A DNA stretch of 32,000 nt from an uncultured bacterium (GTDB taxonomy: Bacteria > Margulisbacteria > WOR-1 > CAVSGV01), in assembly GCA_963699255.1 (NCBI GenBank), contig OY969425.1, forward strand, positions 570,001 through 602,000, given 5' to 3'. Position numbers and translations under genes: made by a program. The notes below the pieces were generated by a model. That model made no database searches. It was not told the DNA's origin and saw nothing but the letters and a program-made list of their open reading frames with translations. The first letter of the stretch is position 1. The number at the start of each line of letters is the position of its first letter. Of the stretch, positions 24,001 to 26,768 are shown one piece after another.

Positions 24001-24459
24001 ATAGATCTTATTGGTATCGGGGTTTACGGCTACTGCAATAGGATATGTTCCGACAGCTACTTCAGTGGTGATATTAGTGGCTCCATCGATCACGGTTACA
24101 GCATTACTATTCTGATTAGCCACATAGATCTTATTGGTATTGGGGTTTACGGCTACTGCATCAGGATTAGCTCCGACCGTTACTTGAGTGGTGGTATTAG
24201 TAGCCCCATCGATCACGGTTACAGTGTTACCGCCACTATTTGCCACATAGATCTTATTAGTATTGGGGTTCATGGCTACAGCAATAGGTTGACTTCCAAC
24301 CGTTACCGTTGCGGTAACCGATTGAGTGTGCGCCAGGGATACAAGCATCAGTAAAAAGAAGCAGGAAATAAGAAGTACTAAGCTGGATTTTCTTTTTGAA
24401 TTTTGCACCAACTTAAAATAAAAAAAATCGATCCAAGAAGCCTGTGTCTTCCTAGACAT
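1..24459 (-). CDS. Giant secreted/surface repeat protein, partial: YVTN propeller plus multi-module Pmp-like beta-helix/Ig-like/FN3 protein, interrupted by four apparent 1-nt indels; C-terminus beyond window edge
   Basis: Four collinear minus-strand ORFs (9871..24459, 3842..9859, 922..3999, 15..1088) carry the same module type. Switching frame by one base at each break restores the module consensus, and a fourth shift near 42 keeps the frame open to base 1. Confidence 0.85.
15..1088 (-). CDS. Giant protein segment D: end of module 12 (cap, Ig-like) and start of module 13
   Basis: In-frame from about 1030 (LGLGWQQGYGTNLDRFHGDDGIVNMGYHYYGY), then an Ig-like domain and WYVDSINGNDFTHTG. It ends in 'IEILKLHLYFK*', which one base shift converts to 'IEISNCTFTSNSVTLY' running off the window. 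Confidence 0.88.
   Translation of the reverse strand: MCTFPITRPALIPGPARRQILGLGWQQGYGTNLDRFHGDDGIVNMGYHYYGYTSSESVLTDITPPTVEVFSPAGGDVWTGGYSYDITWEASDDQGLITNPISISYSIDGGSSYTAIVTGIANSGSYAWTVPNIATTEAKIKITAVDTSGNSGYGESGKFSIIPVPTIWYVDSINGNDFTHTGRSTNDAFNTINSAESNGNMRYGDEIHVKMGTYSLTVPGTIFLSSGVHLMGGYDDSWAQINDPSLTRISGEGSVQCMHGEGLGSATTVENFTIQNGYVSGGDGGGLGLDNSSPTIKNCDFISNRAGHNAGGLASYYSSSPVVLNCSFESNSAVYGGGGIYSESSTIEILKLHLYFK
922..3999 (-). CDS. Giant protein segment C: rest of module 11 and most of module 12
   Basis: The in-frame module sequence starts at about 3855 (ISNCNFNSNIAYY...). The residues called upstream of that (MVMLTATMAED...) are out of frame. The end (EASDTWSWMAARL...) is also out of frame. Confidence 0.88.
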   Translation of the reverse strand: MVMLTATMAEDFISTRLLQPSHTAILIRTGRITPAAAVSLSMITPRRRISNCNFNSNIAYYCYGGGINVYYNSMANISNCGFASNSADYYGGGIYNDASSVLTISNCSFDQNSSNDNYGGEGGGIYNGLAANIETCSFTSNNAAAGGGIYNESSSTATIDSCTFTSNTAETGDGGGIYNNSSSTLTISYCTFESNSANYGSYGGGGIYCGNSSYSSIESCVFNLNNANSCSYGGGGIFNDTASISLISSCAFTSNWADTYGGGIYSYSSSTSTISNCFFTSNGATFGGGIYSYFPSGSNILGCAFTLNSGGGIANSVSSPTISSCTFELNSAGEGGGIYDENQSDPTISSCDFISNSAEAGGGIYNISTCYPTISNCTFNSNSASNSSYGGGGIYNDNSFPTISNSVFTLNRTGGGTGGGIYNTDSSTSTIGNCTLTLNSASDGGGIYNDSSSILNIINSIIYGNSAANIHDDNSSSSNVTYSCIPDGYIGLTGNITADPLFVNGVHLASNSPCVNSGEGQAEDYGLSYNEHYGTNPLLAYGDSGQVNMGYHYYGYTGSEDAITDFTAPTVDVISPEGGEALIGGSSYDITWEASDNEGLIDYPISISYSIDGGANYSYLITADAANTGRYTWTVPNISTTEARIKITAIDTSGNSGYGESAGVFSISRASAYWYVDAASPEAGADGSAEHPFKTINAAENNVGMSYGDEIHVRQGTYYLYSSDSGPGTGPQTITLYDGIYLRGGYDDGWNQVNDPALTIISGEGQVRCMIGNSLGSATTIESFTIRDGYYNGHLLPGGGGLILYNNSSPTISNCNFIANRALNVGGAIWISGATPIIKNCAFISNSASTNGGGAIYNDNYGLPSPFIFNCAFISNNAGGSNGGAIYDYNGTPTIEGCTFTSNIAGSGGGIYNESSSPIILNSIVYGNTGGNIYDNGGSSNVTYTCIPDGYIGMTGNITADPKLVNPSAGDVHLPNNSPCVNTGTGEASDTWSWMAARLRDQPGQVPRRRWDSEHGIPLLWLHQL
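3842..9859 (-). CDS. Giant protein segment B: modules 8-10 and the first part of module 11
   Basis: Open frame with WYVDAASPEGGSGTMYSPFKTINSAES headers and GGGIY/FTSN rungs. It ends in the aberrant 'SAPENLKL*' where the module consensus has 'SAPEISNCNF'. Confidence 0.9.
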   Translation of the reverse strand: MDTSYNMGYGESDGTFSITRVPFWYVDAASPEGGSGTMYSPFKTINSAESAGVAVYGDEIRVRQGVYSLTAPGTGTITLTDGVYLRGGYDDGWSQTGVSTIDGGGSIQCVYGTALTSAATIEYFTIMKGYSAGDGGGIYLYNSSPTISHCDFIADTAEAGGGIYDSSSAGAIIPHILYCNFTSNSAGYGAGAGIYNENNCNAKISNCNFTSNSGGGIANETSFPTISNCIFTSNISPSNGGAIINSDDSNSGISNCIFVSNEANAGYGGAIWNYYASPGIFNCAFVSNSSAYGGSAIASSNGGAAIRASTFTRNNALYGFGGVIYDITGASTIINSIIYGNSAGGITNGSPYITITYSCVQGGFGGDGNIDADPLFFRPDLGDVHLYNNSPCVNKGSASAASLGLDYTRFYGTNPDGIHGDDGLVDMGYHYSGYSVSANLLTDTTPPTVQVISPEGGEILTGNSIYYITWEASDDVGIVTPEVISFSTDGGASYNVIGTCDAGLTSYAWTVPNITTTQGKIKVSVADTSYNLGYGESDGLFSISRVAGYWYVDAASPEGGSGTMYSPFKTINSAESVGVAVYGDEIHVRRGTYNLYQGGPGPGTITLNDGIYLRGGYDDGWTQINNPSLTIISGEGQVQCMHGYELGSAATIENFTIRNGYSNGSISGYYNGGGIYLDTSSPTISNCDFVSNTADMYYGGGGIYLTYSAPEITNCNFIANTIVSGYGAGIYSDYGSYSILSNCGFTSNSADYGGAGIYSDGSTLEISNCAFNSNAASDGNDDGGGGAIYSDSYSTMGIFNSSFESNSAEWGGGGIYSDYSMLEIANCSFNSNSASYGGGDGYGGGIYDDSSSTLTVSNCTFKSNSAYLSGGGIYTAPTATLEITDSTFTLNNSLYGDGGCIYNDDSSNPTISRCMFASNTVEVGAGIVNYSAFSTISHCTFESNNGGCIINLGGSYFISTISNCDFTLNKYSGRGGCICNNFYDYTSMAIIEDCTFTSNEASGGGGGIYSDYGFSTISNCFFTLNSTPLHGGGIYNGYYSFSTISNCAFALNSASSSGGGIFNINSTTTIENCTFTLNSAPDNKGGGIYNDTTSPTIFNSIIYGNTGGSIFDNGGSSTVNNSCVQDGWSGSGADNISTDPLFATGPYGDLYLLPTSDCVDAGLGSAFSHRLAWQQGYGTNPNGQNGDSGKVDMGYHYSGFWQKTDSSTHIWYVDAASPEGNSGMTPESPFMDINSAEAAASFDDEIHVKHGTYNLYQDGNGPLTIILYDGIQLKGGYDDGWEQTLGPSSTIISGEGNVECMSGYLLSFAAVIDDFTIKNGYSAGDYGGGIYLDDSSPAISNCIFDSNNSDYGGGAVYNYSDNGSSPTFLNCSFISNSVNSGYGGGIYDETAYLTLSNCTFESNSAYNGGGGIYNDVSTQEITNCLFISNSANNGDYGGGIYNDENTNSIISGCSFTLNTAEAGGGIYEGYYTFSSISGCAFVSNGAESSSGDGGGLYDGYFSTLTLESCAFTSNSAFGGGGLYSYYDFLNLSNCTFTSNEANGYFGGGMYDDVYSTATIFNCAFTSNLANAATGGGMYISTYNSYPTIANSTFTLNSANSGYGGGGGIYTSSSYPTIINSIISGNIGGNILDSGGSSTVTYSCVPDGYVGMTGNITADPKLIAPSAGDVHIASNSPCVNAGSATAASLGLDYLHHYGTNPNLAYGDSGQLNMGYHYYGYTGSEDAITDITAPTVVVISPEGGEVLTGGFSYDITWEAADNIGGSGLTVNPISISYSLDGGASYPYSIATGIDNSGRYTWTVPNISTTEAMIKVTALDNSGNSGDGESAGVFSISRVMGIWHVDWASPEAGADGSAEHPFKTINAAESNMNMIYGDEIHVKKGTYNLYSGDGGPGTGPQMIYLTDGISLKGGYDDGWNQVNDPTITIISGEGNVPCMYGSGLTSAAIIDNFTIEDGYAYGNYGGGLYLDAASPTISHCDFNSNRSDYAGGGGIFIYDYSAPENLKL
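9871..24459 (-). CDS. Giant protein segment A (N-terminal 4862 aa): signal peptide, YVTN repeats, modules 1-7
   Basis: Uninterrupted ORF. Its last residues (GRYSWAPPTFQRPKPG) are out-of-frame readthrough after the break at 9900-9904. Confidence 0.93.
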   Translation of the reverse strand: MSRKTQASWIDFFYFKLVQNSKRKSSLVLLISCFFLLMLVSLAHTQSVTATVTVGSQPIAVAMNPNTNKIYVANSGGNTVTVIDGATNTTTQVTVGANPDAVAVNPNTNKIYVANQNSNAVTVIDGATNITTEVAVGTYPIAVAVNPDTNKIYVANANTNNVTVIDGATNNVITTITVGSIPYAVAVNPHTNVIYVANLGGGTVTVINGATDAVTTTVTVGSGPRAVAVNPNNNKIYVTNNSSGSVTVINGANNSVITTVTVGSQPWPVAVNPNTNKVYVGNQNSNTVSVIDGTTNNVTTTVTVGTYPYAVAVNPNTNNIYVANYLDYNVTVINGADNSTATITVGSGAQSLAVNPDTNKIYVANMSTNNVTVIDGAANSTATVTVGSGPDAVAVNPNTNKIYAVNNGTNNVTVINGATNGVITTVAVGTYPQAVSVNAITNKVYVSNTGSPNVTVINGADNSTATITVGSNTNALAVNPNTNKVYVANPLSNNVTVIDGATNNVTTTVTTGTAPDAVAVNPNTNKIYVANNDSGNVTVIDGATNNVITTVTAGTNPRAVAVNPKTNTIYVANFGSNNVTVIDGATNNVITTVTAGTYPSDVAVNPNTNKIYVVNQATSNNVTVIDGSTNTTTTVTAGNTPLSVAVNPNTNKIYVANNNSGNVTVIDGATNTTTTVTTGTHPGYVAVNPNTNKIYVANNNSGNVTVISEETVSSPLTTSINPFVNNLTKNTTPSFSGTATTTLTNSTIKMVGFQIDSTQGPWTMAALGGGTTTRTWTGTAPSSLTCGYHTVYAVPLDDTAGTVTQLSDPVGATQAYQFLESNNMPLTYYVDSINGRDSNSGLTALDAFQTINTAESVVSTGDAILVKHGTYRLPATITLKNGVYLGGGYDDSWNPTNDPSLSIISGEGSVKCLSGTNLNSATIIECFTINNGYNSGSGAAGCGGGLVLTTSSPTIRNCAFTSNRANSGGGGVFATASSPVFQNCTFTSNKAIAGFGGGIYGNNSTPEVLNCTFESNSADATNGGGIASFYGSPTISNCAFASNSASTTGGGGIYIYEYAATANITIENCTFTSNTGASGGGIYSQVSNSTPTISNCLFIFNISTAGTGGYGGGGIYCIQSSPIISNCTLTENTAVNGGGLYSFSCTPTVKNSIIYGNSAVDIQGNNPTITYSCFPGIISGAGVIHADPLFVNASAGDAHLYNNSPCVDKGTGEASDLGLGFGQGYGTHSLAIYGDAGRVNMGYHYSGYTNSEQNVPDSTPPTITLYSPAAGNAWVTGTSRDITWEASDSDGLISPVTIYYSTNEGKVYTKIDTCDATLTSYPWTVPNLVTNEAKIKITMADAYYNLGTGESGEFSIRHPATWYVDAASPEGNSGMTPESPLNTINSAESAAIDGDEIHVRMGVYSLTAPHTGTITLEDGVYLRGGYDNGWNQIDDPSITIISGEGSVRCLYGDDLSSATTIENLTIQGGYVNEYEGDTGGKGAGAALFYSSPTITNCAFNNNRAVFGLGGGLYLEYSSPTILNCAFVSNYTYYQGGGIYMFRSFSTFSSCSFESNYAGDAGGGLCIDGSSPEVSNCTFILNRAGGGAGISNSRINSGDASFPFISNCAFISNSAEVFGGGMLNDNYCFPTISNCTFTSNSGGIEGGGMYNETFSSPTISNCSFESNIANYGGGMYSDSSSTPEVLNCDFISNSADSNGGGMFNSGVLASTVSNCAFTSNHADSGSGGGLWNYASSPTVENCAFTSNTAENGGGLENDNSSPDIENTTFILNSVSNGLSALGGGMANIESSLPVLNNCAFISNHSSGGGGGIYNGASTPEISNCTITSNSATSGGGIANYCSSPGIINSIIFGNSVDNISNGSSSPDIKYSCIEGGYLGDGNISDNPQFVAGLNNVHLYNTSPCVNYGTGEAFDLGLGSEEGYGTNQNTLYGDSLRVNMGYHYSGYAGPETDISDTTPPSVTVYTPSGSTVWSGGESRDITWDASDSGGLTDPVTIYYSTDEGATYNKIGTCEYTDKTYSWTVPNINTNEAMVKVTVPDNSYNLGSGASPAFTIGSVPLAPTNLSTINKTTTTAYSSWSVPAGSPAYYVISYGTNADNADNINTIMTTEADYSWSGLNPATQYYWKVLATNEVGAGPYSTIASFKTRSSSLTVWYVDAASPEGNSGTTPESPFNTIQSAESAAFGGDEIHVRQGIYSLADTGTVTLEDGVYLRGGYDNGWNQGTGTLTTIISGEGSVQCMYGIDLSPTTTIEGFTIQNGSATDGGGLYLTNSSPTVKNFFFVSNNADHGGGIYNTNYSSPAIFNCTFTSNSAFWGTYSDGGGGGIYNSNHSSPVIYNCIIYGNPGGSILNDSTSSSGVNYSCIQGGCSGIGNISTDPLFRNAPNDVHLYANSPCVNTGTGEAFDLGLGSEEGYGTHPLAQYGDSLRVNMGYHYSGYTGPESNITDHTAPAVSVEDPAGGVSWVVGSSKDVDWMASDSGGGSLINPITIYYSIDGGASYPYKIATKNTTDSDYMWTIPGTPTTDARIKITAVDSYYNLGSGASQVFNIVATPLAPTGLVTTNQTTNSADSSWTVPDGQPDTYIIRWGTDPTATNGGIITTTAANYSWSGLTPATTYYWKVSGSNEAGEGLPSAIASFKTWRETPAIWYVDAASPEGNSGDTPESPFRTINSAESAAYGNDQILVKQGTYDLTDPGTGTIILGNGVSLTGGYDDSWTQTGTWSATIVDGGNAVRCMYGSGLSSSTTIEYFTIMRGNSGYSYSGNGGGIYLTDSSPTITNCAFALDHAASYGGGIYYSGGAPIISDCIFTSNSADSDGGALFGDDSAAKILDCTFTSNNVDDYGGAIFNANSSGILIANCIFTSNSAGGVDIGGGGAICNAYSSLDIVNCIFTTNSAHFYGGGAIYNNHSSPHIYGCTFAADSAPRVGGAIWNVQGSHSTIVNSIVYGCYGGDIFNDPADSSLSATYCDIGTDPLYPGVGNINGNPYLVDPLTGDVHIASNSPCINAGTPDAYALTYNLTNGYGTNPDGVHGDSSNVNIGYHYYSAGYVLPEDDISDITPPAVTVYSPAGGERWIVGSTHDISWTAADENGLIYPITIYYATGETDVDTYKIDTVDISTTHYTWTVPFIASTWAEIKIVALDHSYNSGTGLSNAFTILSKPLTPEGLFTNGIAETTANGTWEVPVGLPTYYIVSYGIDPSASNMGTRITYEASYTWPVLSPNTKYYWKVLATNEAGSSAYSRPVSFETLSGPPGPLTFYVNANAPGPGPGIGTIDDPFKTINSAEAAVMTGTEEIHVMRGVYSLSTPGTGTISLESGTFLMACNYDWTPADDPSLTVISGDAAVQCLYGSGLSSATTIEGFTIQNGRSTYGGGFYLTNSSPTIINCAFTSNCGVGNGGAIENDYSSSPTISNCTFTSNEAPTGAGIFSERSPVILNCNFILNTTLTGVSKGNGGGIYQSSGTYPVISNCTFESNNAYSGGGIFDDNSFSIINNCTFTSNSADASGGGILHQDSSAATIENCAFTSNHAPYGGGIDISSSSPIISNCVFTLNSAETTGGGILNISSSPIISNCTITSNSAPYGAGAAGGICNNDSAPIISNSIIYGNSGGSFLDTSNSHSTVTYSCIDFYFVGVGNISDDPQFVNGPAGDVHLSRHNNSPCISTGTGQASDLGLGWEQHYGTNPDGIRGDTGIVDMGYHYYGYQQPDTTTLTWYVDSASPEGNSGMTPESPFKTINEAELVAVISDEIHVKHGVYSLTAPNTGTITLEDGVYLRGGYDNGWAQTLGPSTTIISGEGSVQCVYGLNLSSATTIEYFTIKKGYNSDAGGGLYLENSSPTISNCFFTLNSAEGNGGGGIYLTDSSPTILYCDFVSNEAGGGDGGGIYNAGGSSIISNCSFASNSGGGGGIFNSDVDASLIISNCSFTSNSGDGIFNNASNPTISNCVFISNSSPGSGGGIENNLSSPTISNCAFALNSASMGGGIWNNFQSNPIISDCTFTLNSASDHGAGIDNSSNCHPVISNSIIYGNLGASIIDESASSSTVTYSCIQGGWEGEGNISAEPLFVYGTNNVHLYNNSPCINTGIGNAFDLGLGSEEGYGTHPLAQYGDALKVNMGYHYSGYTGPETDINDIMPPTIEVISPAPGDTLTGGASYNITWEVKEDPANLIGPIMISYSTDEGATYNLIAADANVNHTSHSWTVPNINTAHARIKVAVADYPAYNLGTGESGVFSIGAGAPTARIWYVDAASPEGNSGMTPGSPFKDINSAESIAGYGDEIHVKKGTYYLYSGDGGPGTGPQTITLYDGIYLRGGYDDGWNQVNDPALTIISGEGNVPCLYGSGLTSAAIIDNFTIEDGYSSASNGSGYGYGSGLYLDSSSLTISNCDFTSNNADYGGGGIFISDYSAPEISNCNFDSNISNSGNGGGIFNDSSSVLTISNCAFTSNNAAEGGGIYNFLSASIESCAFTSNTAYYGGGIFNISTATIDSCTFTSNTAEGGDGGGVANYDYANSGISNCTFESNSAIYDSGGGLYCDVFSSMTVSNCSFKSNSAYNKGGGVYCAYSDASIESCDFTLNSANIEGGGLDLNDSYTHLNISNCTFNSNYAYYGGGIVINNASPTFENCALISNGANIAGGVYSEGTSFSPTFLNCTVTLNRSDGNVGGGLFNYGSSMTIFNSIIYWNSGQNLTNYSAPSAVNVTCSCVQAGDTVGTGFDGTGNISADPFFAHPELGDVHLYNNSPCVNSGEGQAEDWGLSYNEHYGTNPDGVHGDDGLVDMGYHYSGYSVSANLITDTTLPIVEVYSPANGDVWTGGTLYDITWEASDDQELIDNPISIYYSIDGGTTYNLIVAGITNSGRYSWAPPTFQRPKPG
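14725..14996 (-). other. Fibronectin type III-like domain 3
   Basis: PLTPEGLFTNGIAETTANGTWEVPVGLPTYYIVSYGI...YTWPVLSPNTKYYWKVLATNEAGSSAYSRPVSFET. Confidence 0.8.
16550..16818 (-). other. Fibronectin type III-like domain 2
   Basis: PLAPTGLVTTNQTTNSADSSWTVPDGQPDTYIIRWGT...YSWSGLTPATTYYWKVSGSNEAGEGLPSAIASFKT. Confidence 0.8.
18028..18297 (-). other. Fibronectin type III-like domain 1
   Basis: PLAPTNLSTINKTTTTAYSSWSVPAGSPAYYVISYGT...YSWSGLNPATQYYWKVLATNEVGAGPYSTIASFKT. Confidence 0.8.
21980..22330 (-). other. Ig-like linker domain between propeller and first beta-helix module
   Basis: NLTKNTTPSFSGTATTTLTNSTIKMVGFQIDS...CGYHTVYAVPLDDTAGTVTQLSDPVGATQAYQF looks like a beta-sandwich linker. It occurs once and differs from the module Ig-like domains. 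Confidence 0.5.
22330..24325 (-). repeat. 16 tandem YVTN-type beta-propeller repeats (about 42 aa / 126 bp each)
   Basis: Repeated protein pattern V(T/A)VG..P.AVAVNPNTNKIYVAN..(S/T)NNVTVIDGATNNV.TT, 16 copies counted, with matching repetitive DNA (e.g. 'ccatcgatcacggttacattatta'). Confidence 0.93.
24319..24459 (-). other. Signal peptide region of giant protein
   Basis: Basic stretch QNSKRKSS, then the hydrophobic core LVLLISCFFLLMLVSLA, then HTQS. The called ATG adds about 17 unusual upstream residues; an in-frame GTG at 24408 (complement) gives a conventional signal peptide. Confidence 0.75.
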
Positions 24460-24468
24460 TAGGGCGTT

Positions 24469-24497
24469 ATTTTAGCATAAGACGAGAAAAAATGCAA
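24469..24497 (-). promoter_or_regulatory. Candidate sigma-70-like promoter for the giant gene: TTGCAT - 17 nt - TAAAAT
   Basis: On the minus strand, TTGCAT at 24497..24492 and TAAAAT at 24474..24469 with exact 17-nt spacing. Confidence 0.4.
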
Positions 24498-24519
24498 GGA
24501 GATTTTGAAAGGAAGAGAG

Positions 24520-24690
24520 GAAATATTGGGAATACAGGGATACTGGAATATGGTTTAGGAAATGGGGAATTAGGATTCGATCGTTTTATCAAAAGATTTA
24601 TACTGCTCCCCATATCCCTTTTAACCATATCCCCAAACTTATTCCCCATATTCCGATATCCCCTTTTTCCGCTATTCCCTTGTAACTTCA
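24520..24690. repeat. Intergenic AT-rich imperfect palindromic repeat, copy 1
   Basis: Arms 'gggatactggaatatggtttaggaaatggggaattag' and 'ccatatccccaaacttattccccatattccgatatcccc'. It shares an exact 17-mer (ATATGGTTTAGGAAATG, 24548-24564) with the reverse complement of copy 2, plus extended similarity. Confidence 0.65.
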
Positions 24691-24697
24691 ACTGTGA

Positions 24698-24703
24698 TAT
24701 AAT
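24698..24703 (+). promoter_or_regulatory. Candidate -10 box TATAAT upstream of the PBP gene
   Basis: Perfect TATAAT 15 bp before the ATG at 24718, but no good -35 at proper spacing. Confidence 0.25.
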
Positions 24704-24717
24704 CTCCTCCTGTTTTT

Positions 24718-26763
24718 ATGCAAAGCACTGACCCGAAAAGAAAAAATATTTTCCAGAATATCGGCTCTTATCTGCCGCGGCAGAGAAGCAACAGGGTCAT
24801 ACTGTATTTCATCATCCTCGCCGCGATACTGAGCGGGCTTTTCCTTCAGATCCTGACGCAGCTGCCGAACGTTGAAACGATAAGCATATTCTCACCCTCC
24901 GAGACAACGGAGATATACGCTTCCGACGGGACCGTCCTTGCCAAGCTCCACAGGGAAGAGAACAGGTACGTGGTCCCGCTTGAAAAGATATCCCCGATAC
25001 TACAGAAGGCCGTCATATCCATAGAGGATGAGAGGTTCTTCCGACACAAAGGGGTTGACCTTCAGGGCGTGGTAAGGGCCGCCGTCACCAATATAGTGAA
25101 AAAAAAGGTTGAAGAGGGCGGAAGCACCATAACACAGCAGCTCGCGAGGAACCTGTTCCTTACCAAGAAAAAATCGATCACCAGAAAAATAGCGGAGATG
25201 GTCCTAGCCCTTCAGATAGAGAGAAGGTATACGAAATCGGAGATACTTGAGCTTTACCTTAACGAGATCTACTGGGGGCATAACGCTTACGGCATCGAGT
25301 CCGCTTCGCTCCTCTACTTTAACAAGCACGCTTCGGACCTTAACCTTTCCGAGGCCGCCGTTCTCGCCGGCATAATAGAGGGGCCCGAAAAATATTCCCC
25401 TTACAAGAACATGGAGGGGGCGAAAATGAGGCAGGCGGCCGTTCTTTCAAAGATGGTCGAGCTCGGATTCATCACGGAGGCGTCCGCGAACGCCGCGAAC
25501 ATCCAGCCTCTGAACCTTTCCACCGAAACGCCGAATAAATACAAGTTCGTCGCGCCGTATTTCACCACTTACGTGATCAACCAGTTAATAGACAAGTACG
25601 GTGAATTCACCGTTTATAACGGAGGCTTAAGGGTGTATACGACCCTTGACCTTAAAAAGCAGAGGGTTGCCGACGAGGTTGTAAAAAAGTTCCTTCAGGA
25701 AGAAGGCGAAACATACAATTTTTCCCAATCGGCCCTGGTGTCGCTTGACCCCAGGACAGGCTATATCCGGGCCATGGTCGGAGGAGCAAGCTTTGAAGCT
25801 TCCGAATTCAACCGGGCATGGCAGTCAAAAAGGCAGCCCGGATCCTCCTTTAAAGCTTATGTATATACCGCCGCCATGGAAATGGGCGTGTCCCCGGGTT
25901 TCATCCTTGAAGATTCACCCGTAACATACGAGGTGCCAGCGGACGAGTGGAACCCCGAGGGCAAGTGGGAGCCGAAGAATTTTGATGAAAAATACAGGGG
26001 CAAGGTAACTCTCCGAACGGCCTTTGAAAGATCGCTGAACATCCCTTCGGTAAAGCTGCTCGACAAGATCGGCGTGGGCAGCGCCATAGATGTCGCGCAA
26101 AGAATGGGGATAAAAAGCCCCCTTAAAAGAAGTCTGGGGCTTACGCTGGGCATATCGGAGGTCAGTTTGCTTGAGATGACATCGGCTTACGGCGTTTTCG
26201 CTAACGGCGGGATCAGGGTGGAGCCGACCGCTATAACAATGATAGAAGGCCCGCGCGGACAGCTGATCTACAAGCATACGATCGTGGAAAAAAGGGCGCT
26301 TAACAAGAACATAGCCGCGGTCATGGTGGACCTGATGCAGGGCGTTCTTCTTCGCGGAACGGGCGTAAGGGGGAATATCGACAGGCCCGCCGGCGCAAAA
26401 ACCGGGACTACCGAGGAATTCAAAGATGCCTGGTTCATCGGATATGTCCCTCAGCTGGTCACAGGCGTCTGGGTGGGCAATGACAATAACGAACCCATGG
26501 AAGGCGTAACGGAAGTGGCCGTAACGCCGAGAATGTGGAAGGCTTACATGTCGAACGTGCTGATGGACGAGCCCATAATAGATTTCCCGAAACCGGAAGG
26601 GCTTGTTGAAGAGAACATCTGCCTGGATTCCGGAAAGATCCCGAACCCTTCCTGCCCGGGAGACAGGATCGTAAAAGCGACCTTCTGGTGGAATGACAGG
26701 CCCACGGAAAAATGCACTTACCATCCGACCACCGAAGCCCTGCCCAGTTACATTACGAGGTAA
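24718..26763 (+). CDS. Class A (bifunctional) penicillin-binding protein, PBP1A family: transglycosylase plus transpeptidase
   Basis: N-terminal TM segment; glycosyltransferase motifs ISIEDERFFRHKGVD and EGGSTITQQLARNLFL; transpeptidase SxxK (GSSFKAY) and KTGT (AKTGTTEEFKDAWFIGY). Confidence 0.96.
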   Translation: MQSTDPKRKNIFQNIGSYLPRQRSNRVILYFIILAAILSGLFLQILTQLPNVETISIFSPSETTEIYASDGTVLAKLHREENRYVVPLEKISPILQKAVISIEDERFFRHKGVDLQGVVRAAVTNIVKKKVEEGGSTITQQLARNLFLTKKKSITRKIAEMVLALQIERRYTKSEILELYLNEIYWGHNAYGIESASLLYFNKHASDLNLSEAAVLAGIIEGPEKYSPYKNMEGAKMRQAAVLSKMVELGFITEASANAANIQPLNLSTETPNKYKFVAPYFTTYVINQLIDKYGEFTVYNGGLRVYTTLDLKKQRVADEVVKKFLQEEGETYNFSQSALVSLDPRTGYIRAMVGGASFEASEFNRAWQSKRQPGSSFKAYVYTAAMEMGVSPGFILEDSPVTYEVPADEWNPEGKWEPKNFDEKYRGKVTLRTAFERSLNIPSVKLLDKIGVGSAIDVAQRMGIKSPLKRSLGLTLGISEVSLLEMTSAYGVFANGGIRVEPTAITMIEGPRGQLIYKHTIVEKRALNKNIAAVMVDLMQGVLLRGTGVRGNIDRPAGAKTGTTEEFKDAWFIGYVPQLVTGVWVGNDNNEPMEGVTEVAVTPRMWKAYMSNVLMDEPIIDFPKPEGLVEENICLDSGKIPNPSCPGDRIVKATFWWNDRPTEKCTYHPTTEALPSYITR

Positions 26764-26768
26764 AACGA

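Noticed and set aside
22330-24325. Possible CRISPR array (regular ~126-bp periodicity)
   Set aside because: The periodicity is in-frame coding sequence for YVTN propeller blades. There are no short direct repeats separated by unique spacers.
23410-24354. 314-aa plus-strand ORF (MSARSHSYRSGGIVSPIDHGY...)
   Set aside because: It lies exactly antisense to the YVTN repeat array and its periodicity is the mirror of those repeats. No independent coding evidence.
24467-24731. Small ORFs on both strands in the spacer (24467..24691 - and 24492..24731 +)
   Set aside because: They translate the palindromic AT-rich repeat (GNTGILEYGLGNG.., IFPLFLSK..); repeat-derived, not convincing proteins.
25915-26724. 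269-aa minus-strand ORF opposite the PBP gene
   Set aside because: Fully antisense to conserved transpeptidase coding sequence, with no recognizable domain.
26712-26768. ORF-track N-terminal extension of the phosphohexomutase (MHLPSDHRSPAQLHYEVKR)
   Set aside because: Overlaps the end of the PBP gene; the family N-terminus KFGTDGWRAV begins right after the ATG at 26769.
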